The notes under the pieces are model-generated. The model was given only the letters and a program-made list of their open reading frames with translations. It made no database searches and was not told the origin of the DNA. Both the position numbers and the translations under genes were made by a program. 64,000 bases of DNA from Dehalococcoidia bacterium (lineage in GTDB: Bacteria > Chloroflexota > Dehalococcoidia > UBA2979), in NCBI GenBank assembly GCA_965219085.1, contig OZ244720.1, forward strand, positions 1,760,001-1,824,000. Direction: 5' to 3'. Positions 49,692 through 60,140 of this stretch are shown here, one piece after another (within the stretch, counting starts at the first letter, position 1; each line of letters opens with the position of its first letter).

Positions 49692-50293
49692 CTAGCGGCG
49701 GGAGGAGGGCGGGGTGAGCAGTGCGCCGCCGGCCTGGAACTCGTAACCCTCAGGCGGCCAGCGCGCGCCCGGCGTGATCTCGGTCGGGTCGACGTAGATG
49801 CCGCCGTCGCGAACCTCGACCGCGAGACGGTCGAGACCGCGCGGCGAGGGGCCGAAGACGCGCTGGCCCGCCATGTCGTAGGTCTCGCCGTGACAGGGGT
49901 TGCGGAACCATCCTGTCCTGCCGTCGAAGACGAAATCGGGACGGTACGCCACGGCGCAGCCAAGGTGGGGATCCTTGTCGAGGAGCGCCAGCAACTCGCC
50001 GTCGTCGAGACGAACGATGTGAAAGCCCGGGCGTCCGTCAAAGCCGCAGATGGCGGCGAAGGACGTGACCGTCCCCGGGGGGAACTGCTCGGCGCGGCCG
50101 GCATAGACGAGCCGATGCTCGTATACGGTCCACGGCCACGCGAAGTTCGCGGCCATCGCCACTCCGGCGGCGGCAAGCAGCGCCAGCAACGATACGAGGG
50201 CGAGCCGCTGCCGGCTGGGCGCGCTCCGCCTGCCCCGGTGCGTCCGCGACGGGGGCGGCAGACCGGTCTTCGGCGTCGGCGGTGCGTAGCCAT
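49692..50293 (-). CDS. Membrane-anchored Rieske-like protein with atypical ligand boxes; start uncertain or frameshifted
   Basis: DKDPHLGC..FRNPCHGETYD..GPSPRGLDR; the ATG at 50293 is one base out of frame with the body. Confidence 0.65.
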
Positions 50294-50392
50294 TCCCTAC
50301 ATAATACGCCGCACCATCGCGCGGAACCGCGACGTGGACGCGCTGTCCCCGGAGCCGCAGTGAGGCGGGTCGAGGCGCCTGGGAATGGCGGC

Positions 50393-51448
50393 TCAGGCCG
50401 CGCGCATCGACTCGAGCACACGGCCGGTGGCGGCGACCGCCGCGACGATGGCTGCGTCGTCGACGCCGAGGTGCGTGACCATCCGCAACCGCTGCGCGCC
50501 GGTCCCGCTGCACAGCACGCCCTCGGCGGCGAGGCGCTCGCGGAACTCGATCCCGTCCAGCGCGCCGTCGAGCTCGAAGAAGACGATGTTGGTGTCGGCG
50601 CCGGTGAGCTCCAGGGCGTTGCCCGCCAATCTCGAACTCGGGAGCGCGGCCAGCCCGTCGGCGAGGCGCGCCGCGCGCTCGTGATCCTCGGCGAGGCGCT
50701 CGACGTGGTGTTCGAGGGCGTGAAGCGCGCCGGCCGCGATCACGCCGGCCTGGCGCATCCCGCCGCCGAGCTGGCGGCGCAGCACGCGCGCACGGTCGAT
50801 GACCTCGCGAGGTCCCGTCAGCACGGAGCCGACGGGCGCGCCAAGGCCCTTGGAGAAGCAGAACGACACGGTGTCGGCGAGCGCGGCGATCGTGGCGGCG
50901 TCGGTCTCCAGCGCCAGCGCGGCGTTGAAGATGCGCGCGCCGTCGAGGTGCACGGCGGCGCCGGCGTCGCGCGCGACCTCGGCCACACCGCGCATGCTGT
51001 CGAGCGGTATGGCCGTGCCGCCGCAGCGGTTCTGCGTGTTCTCCAGGCACACCAGCGCGGTCCGAGGCGCCGAGCCGGGGGCGCGGATCAGCGGTCGCAG
51101 CTCGGCGGGCTCGATGCGGCCTCGGTCGTCATTGGGGACGCTGCGCAGGCTGATGCCGCCCAGCGCCGACGCGCCGACCGCCTCGTGGTGGAGGATGTGC
51201 GACTCCGAACCGACGACGGCTTCGTCGCCGCGGCCGCAGTGCACGAGCAGCGCGAGCAGGTTCGCCATCGTGCCGCTTGGCACGTAGAGCGCGGCCTCCT
51301 TCCCGACACGCTCGGCCGAGGCCTCCTCGAGGCGCTGCACCGTCGGGTCGTCGCCCAGCACGTCGTCACCGACCTCGGCGCGCGCCATCGCGTGGCGCAT
51401 CGCGTCGGTGGGCTGGGTGACCGTGTCGGATCGCAAGTCGATGACCAT
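50393..51448 (-). CDS. ltaE: Low-specificity L-threonine aldolase
   Basis: [48 protein letters not shown]. Confidence 0.9.
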   Translation of the reverse strand: MVIDLRSDTVTQPTDAMRHAMARAEVGDDVLGDDPTVQRLEEASAERVGKEAALYVPSGTMANLLALLVHCGRGDEAVVGSESHILHHEAVGASALGGISLRSVPNDDRGRIEPAELRPLIRAPGSAPRTALVCLENTQNRCGGTAIPLDSMRGVAEVARDAGAAVHLDGARIFNAALALETDAATIAALADTVSFCFSKGLGAPVGSVLTGPREVIDRARVLRRQLGGGMRQAGVIAAGALHALEHHVERLAEDHERAARLADGLAALPSSRLAGNALELTGADTNIVFFELDGALDGIEFRERLAAEGVLCSGTGAQRLRMVTHLGVDDAAIVAAVAATGRVLESMRAA

Positions 51449-51529
51449 GCCGAGCCTCCTGTCGCCCTCGGGCCGGGCCATGATGACCCGCTCGTGCCCT
51501 CCGTGACAGGACACCCTCGGGCGCTACTC

Positions 51530-52822
51530 CCTCGCCACGGGGATCGCGCGCCGTGGTTCCGGCCGAAGCCGACGAAGAGCGCGTCGCCCATCTCGACGAG
51601 AGCACTGACATAGTCCGCGCTCCGCCAGCCGTACGCGTCCCGGACACCGCCCTCCCCATCGACGACGGCCAGGAGCAGGAGCGACTGGCCGTACTCCCAT
51701 GCAGACCAGGCCGTTGACCCGTCGCGGCGGGTCTGGGCTGGCGTCCACGTCCAATCCGTCAGCTCGGACAGCGCGGGCGGTGCGGGAGGGACCTCGTGCT
51801 CTCCCCAGACGGGCGCATCGCCGTCCCAGCCCGAGGGCCAGCCAGGCGCGCCGGCGCCGGGTGCGGGGAACACCGTGCCGGAGCGAATCCAGCGGACCTG
51901 AACCGCCGAGTCCCACGACGTGGTGTCGGTCCGCTCCCGGACGGACCCGTCGCGCCCCAGCTCACCCACGTACTGCCGCCGTCACGCGAGACCCAGACTT
52001 CCTGCTCGGCATCGTCACTGGCCTCGTCGACGCCGCCGCAGTCCCCCACCACGCAGAGCGAAGCCGCCATCAGCCTCCCGCTCTCGCTCACGTCGAAGCT
52101 GACGAGGTAACCGAGGTCGTCCAGGGGAGCCAATGGATCGTCCACCAGCAACTCGCCGTCCCGCTCACTGAAGACCGTCCGCGGGACACCAACCGACCCG
52201 GCATCGCAGCGCCAGAAGCAGCCGCGAGCGGCTGAAGAGCGCATAGCCGGCTGGCTGGTAGCGCGGCTCACCGAGAGGCAGGTCCGTGAACGCCAGGAAC
52301 GGCGGGGATGCCTGGCCGAGAGTATCGCCCCCCAGCAGACGACACTGGAGTCCGAGCGTTGCCCGCATGTGTAGTCGGCCCCTCCGGCAAGAGACGTGAA
52401 GCGCTCACCCGTGGGCGGCGATGCCTGGCCCTCGTTGTCTTTGCCCCAACAGATGGCGCTGCCATCTGCGCGCAGTCCGCAGCTGTGAAACGAGCCCGCG
52501 GCCAGGGCGATGAAGCGCTCACCCGCGGGTGGCGACGCCTGGCCCGAGTAGTTGTTGCCCCACCACACAGCCTCGCCGGTCTCGATCAGCCGGCAGCCGT
52601 GGTACGAGGTCGCCAGGACGATGAATCGCTCACCCTCGAGCGGCAACCCTGGACCGCCGGCACCCCAGCAGACCGCGCTGCCATCCTCACGCAGGCCGCA
52701 GGTGTAGGTGCTCCCCACGCTCAGAGAGACAAAGCGCTCAGGTTTGCTTCGGGGGACTCGCGAGCGCTGCACACTGCAAGCAGCGCCGCGGGCAGAACGA
52801 GGACGAGCCATTCTCTGACCAT
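51530..52822 (-). pseudogene. Multiply frameshifted exported protein with RCC1/BLIP-II-like repeats
   Basis: Repeats such as LAAGSFHSCGLRADGSAICWG..GQASPP..ERF are spread over several frames; the signal peptide is in another frame. Confidence 0.7.
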
Positions 52823-52865
52823 CCGTCGAGGCTCCGCGCAGCATGCGTCGCGCAGGCAGCGACGG

Positions 52866-53747
52866 TCAGGCGACCTCCAGCGGCAGCGACGGATCGGCGG
52901 CGTACTCCGACATCGAGGCGTCGTAGACCGCGACGTTCTCGTAGCCCAGCAGCGAGAGGACGAGGGCGTCGTTGGATGCGGCGATGCCGCCGCCGCAGTA
53001 CGTGACCACACGCTGCGCCCGCCCCGCGCCCGCCTCTTCGAAGAGCGACGCGAGTTCGTCCGCCGGCCGGTAGAGGCCGGTCTCGGGGTCGGTCAGCTCC
53101 ATCGACGGCACATTGGTCGCGCCGGGAATGTGCCCGGGACGCCCGTAGGCCCCTCCGCCGTCGGCGCCCGAGTGTTGTTCCCGACTCAAGGCGTTGATCA
53201 GACAGCTACCACCCGTCTCGCTCGCGTCGATGAACGCCCTGACCTCGCCGAGGTCGGCGAACCGGGCCGGATCACGAGCAGGCACGAACGTCGTGGGCTC
53301 GTACGTCCCTGTGTCCGTCGACACAGCCCGGCCCTCGGCGCTCCAGCGACGCCAGCCACCGTCGAGCACGGCCGCGCCTTCGCAGCCCATCGACCGGAAC
53401 ATCCACCACAGTCGCGCGGCCCACGCCGACCCCGAGCGGTCGTACAGGACCAGCTTCGACGACTCCGAGATGCCATGCCGTGCGGCCGCCTCGGCGAACG
53501 CCTCGGCCGAGGGCATCATGAAACGCAGGTTGTGGTCGTTGTCGGAGAAGTCGCCCTGCAGGTCGAGGAATCCCGCGCCGGGCACGTGTCCCGACTCGTA
53601 CTCCGCCCGTCCCGGCTCGACCTGAAAGCCGCCGCCGTCGCGGGGACGCAGGAAGACGGTCGTCTCGAAGACGCGGACGTCGTCATCCGCCAGATGCTCC
53701 GCCAGCCAATCGGTCGAAACGAGGAACTCCGGGTGCGCGAATGCCAT
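52866..53747 (-). CDS. Two-domain rhodanese / mercaptopyruvate sulfurtransferase
   Basis: LVSTDWL, GHVPGA, LDGG, GHIPGA, active site YCGGG, YDASMSE. Confidence 0.9.
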   Translation of the reverse strand: MAFAHPEFLVSTDWLAEHLADDDVRVFETTVFLRPRDGGGFQVEPGRAEYESGHVPGAGFLDLQGDFSDNDHNLRFMMPSAEAFAEAAARHGISESSKLVLYDRSGSAWAARLWWMFRSMGCEGAAVLDGGWRRWSAEGRAVSTDTGTYEPTTFVPARDPARFADLGEVRAFIDASETGGSCLINALSREQHSGADGGGAYGRPGHIPGATNVPSMELTDPETGLYRPADELASLFEEAGAGRAQRVVTYCGGGIAASNDALVLSLLGYENVAVYDASMSEYAADPSLPLEVA

Positions 53748-53949
53748 GATCTACTCCAGCCGATCTGAGCGTGCCTTGCGTGTGCCTGTTCGCGCCCCAG
53801 TATCCGCGCCCCGCGGATCGTTTGCGACTGGTTCCTCGATCGCCCGGCGTCGCCCGCGGGCCGATGGGCGATGCGGGATGCTCGACAGCGAGATGCCGGC
53901 GACGCAAGACTGCGCGGGACACCCGTGTGGCAGCAGAGTGGAGCAGAGC

Positions 53950-54378
53950 GTGACTCAGTACGTGCCGAGCCCAGCCGAGTGGGTCAGGAACCAGGTCGAG
54001 CTCTACGAGAGCACCGACGGCGCCGAGGGGTGGGAGTTGCGCGGGTTGCCGATCGTCATCGTGACGCACCGCGGGCGCAAGACGGGCGCGACCCGCAAGA
54101 CGCCACTGATGCGCGTCGCCGATGGTGACGGCTACGTGCTCGTGGGATCGCTGGGCGGTGCGCCGCGGAACCCCGTCTGGGTCTACAACCTCCTCGCCGA
54201 GCCAGACATCGAAGTGCGCGACCGCGCCGTGGTCCAGGCGATGCGCGCCCGGCTGGTCGAGGATCCCGACGAGCGCACGCGGCTCTGGAGCGTCGCCGTC
54301 GAGGCGTACCCGGACTACGCGGACTACCAGGAGCGCACCGAGCGCGTGATCCCGCTCTTCCGGGCCGAGCCCGTCTAG
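53950..54378 (+). CDS. F420-dependent (Ddn-like) deazaflavin oxidoreductase
   Basis: GRKTGATRKTPL, SLGGAPRNPVWVYNL, YADYQERTERVIP. Confidence 0.85.
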   Translation: MTQYVPSPAEWVRNQVELYESTDGAEGWELRGLPIVIVTHRGRKTGATRKTPLMRVADGDGYVLVGSLGGAPRNPVWVYNLLAEPDIEVRDRAVVQAMRARLVEDPDERTRLWSVAVEAYPDYADYQERTERVIPLFRAEPV

Positions 54379-54595
54379 ACGGTCCTCTTCCTCGGTAGCC
54401 GGGTGGGACGCTGCTACGCCATCGATCCCACCGTTCGCGGTCGACGCACGCGAGTTGAGTGCAGGCAGTAGCGAGGAACCCCCCGCCCTCGCTGTTCTAC
54501 GATGCCCCCCATGGAGCGTCGCGCGAGCAGTGCGGCGTGCCCCGGCTGCTCGAATACCGAGTGCCGAGGGCCTGAGCCGACCGGACGAGGTGCGG

Positions 54596-57500
54596 ATGAG
54601 GACACGGCTGGCGATGCTACTGGCGGCGATCCTGCTCGCCGTGGCGGGCGCGCATCCCATCAGCGCCCAGGGCACGAGCGGCGATGGACCGGCCGTCGAG
54701 GTGCGGGTTGCGGCCCGGCGCCTCGCGAGCGGAAGTACCGAGTTCGCGCTCCAGCAGCGGAGCGCCGACGGAGCGTGGGACGAGCGCCAACTGCCGCGGT
54801 CGCGGTTCTTCCCGGCAACCACCGGGGTGGGGCGCTGGCTGGCGAGTTCACCGCTCACGGTGAGCGGGCCGACGGGGCGGGAGAGGCCGAGGTGCGCGTC
54901 GCCGCACGGTTGCTCGCCGACGGACGCATGGAGTTCGCGGCGCAGCAGCGCGGCGCGGATGGGGAGTGGGGCGAGCGGCTGCTCCCGCGGGCGCGCTTCT
55001 TCCCCGCGAACGCTACGGTCGGGCGCTGGTTGGCGAGCACGCCGCTCACGGTGACGTTGCCCGCCGCGAGTTCCGCGGCCTCAGACCGTGCCGCCCTCGT
55101 CGCCCTCTATCGGGCGACGGACGGCCCGAACTGGCGCGATAGCTGGAACTGGCTGACCGACCAGCCGCTCGGCGAGTGGTACGGGGTGCAGACCGACGAC
55201 GCGGGCCGAGTTGTGGCACTCAGCCTCTTGGCGAACGATCTGGCGGGGTCGCTCCCGCCCGAGCTGGGCAGGCTGACCGGCCTGCAGGAGCTCGAACTCG
55301 GGTACAACCTGCTGGAGGGCCCGCTCCCGCCTGCACTGGGTGAGCTCCCGAACCTCGAGCTCCTCGATCTCGCGGTCAACCCCCTGTTGGAGGGGCCAAT
55401 TCCTGCCGAATTGGGTCGCCTGACGAACCTTCGCGTCCTGGATCTGTCCTCGACCTATCTGGGCGGGCTGATCCCGGACGAGTTCGCGAACCTCACGAAT
55501 CTGGAAGCCCTCTACCTGGATCACGCCGGGTTGGTCGGGTGCGTCCCACCGAACCTGCGGGGCGTGCCCTACATAGACGTGCCCCAGCCCGGGCTGGCGT
55601 TCTGCCTGGTTGGCGTGCTCACCCCCAGCGCGGACCGGGCCGCGCTGGTCGCCCTCTAAGAAGCCACCGACGGGTCAAACTGGACCGACAACACGAACTG
55701 GCTGACCGAGAAGCCGGTCGGGCAGTGGTACGGCGTCCTCGCGGACGACGACGACCGGGTCGTGGGCCTGTATCTCTGGGAGAACGGGCTGGCGGGATCG
55801 CTCCCGGCTGAGTTGGGCAGCCTGATCCGTCTGAGGGAGCTGGCCCTCCCGGAGAACCAGATCGGTGGCGCGCTCCCGGCCGAACTGGGCGCCCTCGCCA
55901 GCCTGCGCACGCTGAGCCTTGGCTACAACCAGTTGACCGGGCCGATCCCGGCCGAACTGGGCGCTCTCGACAACCTGCGTGGCCTCGCGCTGTTCTACAA
56001 CCGCCTGAGCGGCCCCATCCCCGCCGAGCTGGGCAGCTTGCCCTACCTGGAAAGGCTGAGCCTGTAGTTCAACCAGCTGAGCGGTCCGATCCCGCCCGAG
56101 CTTGGCGGCCCTTCCAACCTGTCCCAGCTGTACCTGGCCGGCAACAACCTGAGCGGTCCGATTCCCGCAGAGCTCGGCAGGCTCGAGAGCCTCCGACGGC
56201 TCGAACTCGGGGGCAACGAGTGGAGCGGCTGCGTACCAGCGGAGCTCCAGCACGTCGAGGGCGGCGACCTCGACCGGCTCGGCCTGCCGTTCTGCGGTTC
56301 GCCGGGGGAAGCAGCAGTGCGCTCAGACCGAGCCGCGCCGGTCGCACTCTACGAGGCGACGGACGGGCCCAACTGGACGAACAGCACGAACTGGCGCACC
56401 GACAAGCCACTCGGCACATGGCACGGCGTCACCGTCGGTGGCGATGGCCGTGTCACCGAGCTGCAACTGCAGTCGAACCAGTTGAGCGGCCCGATCCCGG
56501 CCGAGCTGGGCAACCTCACCAGCCTGCGCCAGTTGTCGCTTGGCAAGAACCGGCTCAGTGGCCCTCTTCCAGCGGAGCTGGGTGAACTCGCCAGCCTGGA
56601 AATGCTGGTGCTCAACGATAATCAGTTGAGCGGGCCGCTACCGGCCGAGTTGGGCAAGCTCGTCAAGCTGGAACACCTGGGACTCGGATCCAACGGGTTG
56701 AGCGGGCCGGTCCCGGCCGAGCTGGGAGGCCTCACCAACCTCACCTACCTCAGCTTCTGGCGCAACGACCTGAGTGGGCACATCCCGGCCGAGCTTGGCG
56801 ACCTCTCGAGCCTCGAGTACCTCACCTTCAGGGACAACAACCTGAGCGGGCCAATCCCGGCGGAGCTGGGCCGTCTCGCCAACGTGCGAACACTGGATCT
56901 CGAGGGCAACGACTTGAGCGGGCCGATCCCGCCGGAGCTGGGGGGACTCACTAGCCTGTTCCAGTTGAATCTCGCCGAAAATGATCTCAGCGGGCCGATT
57001 CCGGCGGAACTCGGCGGCCTCACCGGCCTGTGGTGGCTGTACCTCTGGAGCAACGAGCTGAGCGGGCCGATCCCCGGGGAACTCGGCGGCCTCAGCGGCC
57101 TGCGCCGGCTGTACCTCGCCGACAACAACCCGGACGGGGGGATCCCCGGGGAACTGGGTCGGCTCGCCAACCTGACGACGCTCGACCTCTGGGCCAACCA
57201 GTTGAGCGGGCCGATCCCCGCGGAGCTGGGCAGCCTCACGCGGCTGGAGACGCTGAACCTGCACACCAACCAGTTGAGCGGCCCGATTCCGCCTGAGCTG
57301 AGCGGCCTGACCGGCTTGCAGACGCTCGTGCTCTCCACGAACGAGTTGAGCGGGCCCGTCCCGGCCTGGCTCGGCAGCCTCACCGAGTTGCAGGCGCTGC
57401 GCCTCAAGAACAACCAGTGGACCGGCTGCGTCCCCGACGAGCTGCGGCAGATATCGCAAAACGACGTTGCCGAGCTCGGCGTCCCGTTCTGCGAGGCGGG

Positions 57501-58329
57501 GGGCTCGGTGGCTTCTGACCGGGCGGCGCTGGTCGCGCTCTACGAGGCGACGGACGGCCCCAGCTGGAAGACCAGCACGAACTGGCTCACCGACAAGCCA
57601 CTCGGCGAATGGCACGGCGTGTGGACCGACCCGTTCGGCCGCGTCACACAACTGCTCCTCAATGACGAGGGGTTGAGCGGGCCGCTCCCGCCCGAGTTGG
57701 GGAACCTCACGAGCGTGAACTATCTGGCGATCCGCGGCAACAAGCTGACCGGGCCGATCCCGCCCGGACTGGGCAAGCTCGTTGACCTCACCCAGTTGTT
57801 ACTCGACAGAAACGAGTTGAGCGGGCCCATCCCCACCGAACTCAGCAAGCTCGTCCGGCTGTGGGTGCTCGACCTCTCGTCGAATGCGTTGAGCGGGCCC
57901 ATTCCGACGCAGCTGGCCGACATGCCTGTCTTGGGCTCGTTGTACCTCCGCGAGAACAACCTGAGTGGGCGGATCCCGCCTGAACCGGGCGCCCTCTCTC
58001 ACCTGACCTGGCTGGACCTCGGAGGTAATCAGTTGACCGGCCCGATCCCGGCCGAATTCGAGAGCCTCACCGGTCTGTACGTGCTGCATCTCTAGGGGAA
58101 CGAGTTGACGGGACCGATCCCGGCCTGGCTGGGCAGCATCGCCAGCCTGCAGTCCCTGCGTCTCCATGTAAACGACTTCAGCGGCCCGATCCCGGCGGAG
58201 CTGGGAAACCTCACCAACCTGACCGAGCTGCGGCTGTCCGGCAACGAGTTGAGCGGTTGCCTTCCGGCCGCGTGGCGAAACGTCCAGCACAACGACGTCG
58301 CGGACCTGGGCCTCCCCGACTGCGACTGA
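54596..58329 (+). pseudogene. Secreted plant-type LRR protein gene with one frameshift (about 54880) and three in-frame stops (55657 TAA, 56065 TAG, 58093 TAG)
   Basis: 24-aa LxxLxLxxNxLSGPIPAELG repeats in four capped modules (DRAALVALYEATDG..W..WL..W.GV); a single frame runs from about 54880 to 58329. Confidence 0.88.
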
Positions 58330-58364
58330 GCACCCGGGCGGGTCCTCGGGGGCAGCCGCCCGGC

Positions 58365-58811
58365 CTACGCGTCGGCGAAGACTGCCTGCATGTTCCTGGC
58401 GAAGTCACGGACCATCGCGTCGGCCTTGCGGCGGATCAGCGGCTGACCCAGCTCCGCGAGGCGTCCCGAGAACTGGACATCGGCCGTGACGCGCAACTCG
58501 CTATCGCCCGGACCCAGCGGCTCGACGCGCGCCTCGATCACGGCGTCCACGCCCGCGCCGATGCGCCGGTCGCGTCCGCCGCCGCGTGCGTGCAGCGTCC
58601 CGTCGTCGCCGCTGTGCACCTGCGCCTGGCCGGACAGCGAGAATCCGACGGGGCCGAGCCGCACCCGCAGCCGGCCCTCGTACTCGTCGTCGCCGACGAG
58701 GGTCACGCCCTCGACGCCCGGCACGCAGGCCGCGACGCTCGGCACGTCGGCCAGGAAGGCCGTGACGGCATCCGGCGTTGCGTCCACGGTGATGGTGTGC
58801 TCGAAGATCAT
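58365..58811 (-). CDS. coxG: CoxG/SRPBCC family protein
   Basis: VAACVPGVE, VRLGPV, GRLAELGQPLI; ATGA overlap with the FAD subunit. Confidence 0.75.
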   Translation of the reverse strand: MIFEHTITVDATPDAVTAFLADVPSVAACVPGVEGVTLVGDDEYEGRLRVRLGPVGFSLSGQAQVHSGDDGTLHARGGGRDRRIGAGVDAVIEARVEPLGPGDSELRVTADVQFSGRLAELGQPLIRRKADAMVRDFARNMQAVFADA

Positions 58812-59674
58812 GCATTCCCCGCCAGCAGCGTCCGCTCGAGGGCGCGGCGGGTGAAGACGACGGCCATCTCGCGCTTGTAGTCCGCCGAGCCGCGGAAGTC
58901 GTCCAGCGGATCGACGTGGTCTCGCACCGCCTCGGCTGCGAGCCGTACCGCCTCGGCGCTCACGGGCTGCCCCGTGAGCGCGCGCTCGACCTCGGTGGCG
59001 CGCACGGGTGTCGGGCCGGCCGCGATGAGCGCGACGCGCACGCTGGTGCACGTCGCGTTGTCGACCTCGCCTAGCGCCGCGACCGCGACCGTCGCGTAGT
59101 CGTCCTCGGTGCGCGGCAAGAACTTGAGGTATACCGAGCGCGCCCCCGCGGCCGGCCGCGGCACGGTGATCGACTCGATGACCTCGCCCGGGTCGAGGGC
59201 GCCCTCGTAGTAGTCGACGAACAGGTCCTCGACCGCGATGGTGCGGGCGCCGCGGCTCGACACGGCCCGCACGCTCGCGCCGAGCGCGATCAGGGCGGCG
59301 GGCGGATCCTGCGCCGGGTCGGCGTGTGCGAGGCCGCCACCGACGGTCGCCATGTTGCGGATCCGCACGGTCGCGACGCGTGCGTACGTCTCCGCGAGCA
59401 GCGGCGCCGCCTCGCGCACCAGCGGCGACGTCTCCACCTCGCGATGGCGCACGAGCGCGCCGATATGGAGCGCGCCGCCGTCCAGCCGGATCTCCGACAT
59501 CCCCTCGATGCGGTCGAGGCTGACGAGGTGCCCGGGGAGCGCGAGCGACTGCTTCATCAGCACGACCAGCGCCGTCCCCCCGGCGAACGGCCGGGCGTCC
59601 TCGCCGTGCTCGTCCAGGAGCGCGCACGCCTCCGGCAGTGTGCGGGGCCGGTGGAACGTGAAGTCGTGCAGCAC
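58808..59674 (-). CDS. Xanthine dehydrogenase family FAD-binding (medium) subunit
   Basis: AGGTALV, IRNMATVGG, HADPAQD, DFRGSADYK. Confidence 0.9.
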   Translation of the reverse strand: MLHDFTFHRPRTLPEACALLDEHGEDARPFAGGTALVVLMKQSLALPGHLVSLDRIEGMSEIRLDGGALHIGALVRHREVETSPLVREAAPLLAETYARVATVRIRNMATVGGGLAHADPAQDPPAALIALGASVRAVSSRGARTIAVEDLFVDYYEGALDPGEVIESITVPRPAAGARSVYLKFLPRTEDDYATVAVAALGEVDNATCTSVRVALIAAGPTPVRATEVERALTGQPVSAEAVRLAAEAVRDHVDPLDDFRGSADYKREMAVVFTRRALERTLLAGNA

Positions 59675-59675
59675 C

Positions 59676-60140
59676 CTACGCCTCGCCGTGCGAGGCGGCA
59701 TCGGCGATGGCCTCGAGGATCTGGTAGTAGCCCGTGCAGCGGCAGAGGTTGCCGGTCATCCAGCGCTTCGCCTCGTCCTCGGTGGGCGCCGGGTTCACGT
59801 CGAGCAACGCGCGCGCCGCGATCAGCTGGCCCGGCGTGCAGATCCCGCACTGCAGCCCGCCGCGCTCGAGGAAGCTCACCTGGATCGGGTCCAGGCGGTC
59901 ATCCTCCGCGAGGCCCTCGACGGTGACGACGTCGGCCCCGTCGGCCTGCGCCGCGAGCGTCAGGCATGACGCCACCATGCGGCCGTCGAGGAGCACCGTG
60001 CAGGCCCCGCACACGCCGACCGAGCACGCTTCTTTCGTGCCCGTCAGCCCGAAGCCTGCGCGCAGCAGGTCGATGAGCAACTCTCCGGCCGGGGGATCGG
60101 CCTCGACGGGCTGGCCGTTCACGGTCAGGCGCATGGTCAC
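59676..60140 (-). CDS. Xanthine dehydrogenase family 2Fe-2S (small) subunit
   Basis: CSVGVCGACTV, QCGICTPG, NLCRCTGY. Confidence 0.92.
   Translation of the reverse strand: MTMRLTVNGQPVEADPPAGELLIDLLRAGFGLTGTKEACSVGVCGACTVLLDGRMVASCLTLAAQADGADVVTVEGLAEDDRLDPIQVSFLERGGLQCGICTPGQLIAARALLDVNPAPTEDEAKRWMTGNLCRCTGYYQILEAIADAASHGEA

Noticed and set aside
55657-58095. Stop-codon recoding (pyrrolysine or readthrough) in the LRR gene
   Set aside because: Stops are mixed (TAA and TAG) and come with a frameshift and Leu>Pro changes; TAG terminates many normal genes in this window.
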